A stretch of DNA of 64,000 nucleotides from the human T2T-CHM13v2.0 reference genome, Homo sapiens: the NCBI RefSeq assembly GCF_009914755.1, contig NC_060926.1, one strand, 5' to 3'. This document shows, in pieces, positions 63,498 to 64,000 of the stretch. Each line of letters begins with the position of its first letter. The first letter of the stretch is position 1. The notes beneath the pieces were generated by a model, which did not search any database, was not told the origin of the DNA, and saw only the letters and a list, made by a program, of their open reading frames with translations. The position numbers and the translations under genes are program-made.

Positions 63498-64000
63498 GGG
63501 GAATGATATTAGCAAGATGGTTGACTAGAACCCCTGAGCACTTACTGCCCCCCTTCCCAATAAAAACAGCCAAAATAATAAACAACTAAGGTTTGATGAA
63601 AATAACTAAAGGAGAGTGTTGAAGTACATCAAAGGAGTAGAACAAACCCTATAGAGCACGAAAACCCAGGATGGACACATATGGGCATGCAAGAAAATGC
63701 TGGGTCACCACCACCCCAATCCCTAGCTCAGAGCCAGAAGGGACTTCTGTGAAGAAAAGGCAAGTAAGAGGACCCCAGCAGCTTCCATCAACCCCTTGGA
63801 CACCTACAGTCCTCACCATGGAGGATTCCTGCAGTCCTCAAAGGCACTATGCCTAGCTGAGAAAGCTGACTAGAGTCCACACAGCTGTGCTTCCCCCAGA
63901 GAAGGAGCTGTGACTATGTCCCACCCCCTGTGGCACATCAGCTACTGTACTATGCCTTCTTGGAACTGAAACTACTGCTAGAGTATGTTCTGCTCTGGAG
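63498..64000 (+). mobile_element. L1M 5' UTR start, running past the window end
   Basis: agcaagatggttgactaga start motif typical of L1 5' ends, then a more GC-rich stretch. Confidence 0.55.

Overview
AT-rich, CpG-poor primate (human-like) genomic DNA made mostly of transposable-element remnants. No recognisable protein-coding gene, RNA gene or CpG island is seen, so the window is intergenic or deep intronic. It holds 8 Alus, many L1 fragments (L1M to L1PA4-like), L2 and MIR remnants, MaLR solo LTRs, an ERVL-type LTR with internal region, Tigger/hAT DNA transposon remnants and microsatellites. The long ORFs at 33-36 kb, 47.5 kb and 55.6-57 kb are L1 ORF2 pieces. Most notable: (1) a 13-unit 33-bp minisatellite (8338-8760) fills a 435-bp frame-preserving candidate exon with acceptor and donor sites and would encode a Thr-rich mucin-like repeat; (2) a 2.4-kb L1 insertion (46206-48580) bounded by a perfect 16-bp TSD combines a 1.3-kb 3' transduction with a twin-priming inversion; (3) a clean twin-primed L1 lies at 33196-36160; (4) two L1PA copies 21 kb apart share several apparently non-consensus substitutions. 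Family and subfamily names come from recalled consensus sequences and need RepeatMasker/Dfam confirmation; boundaries of old elements are approximate.
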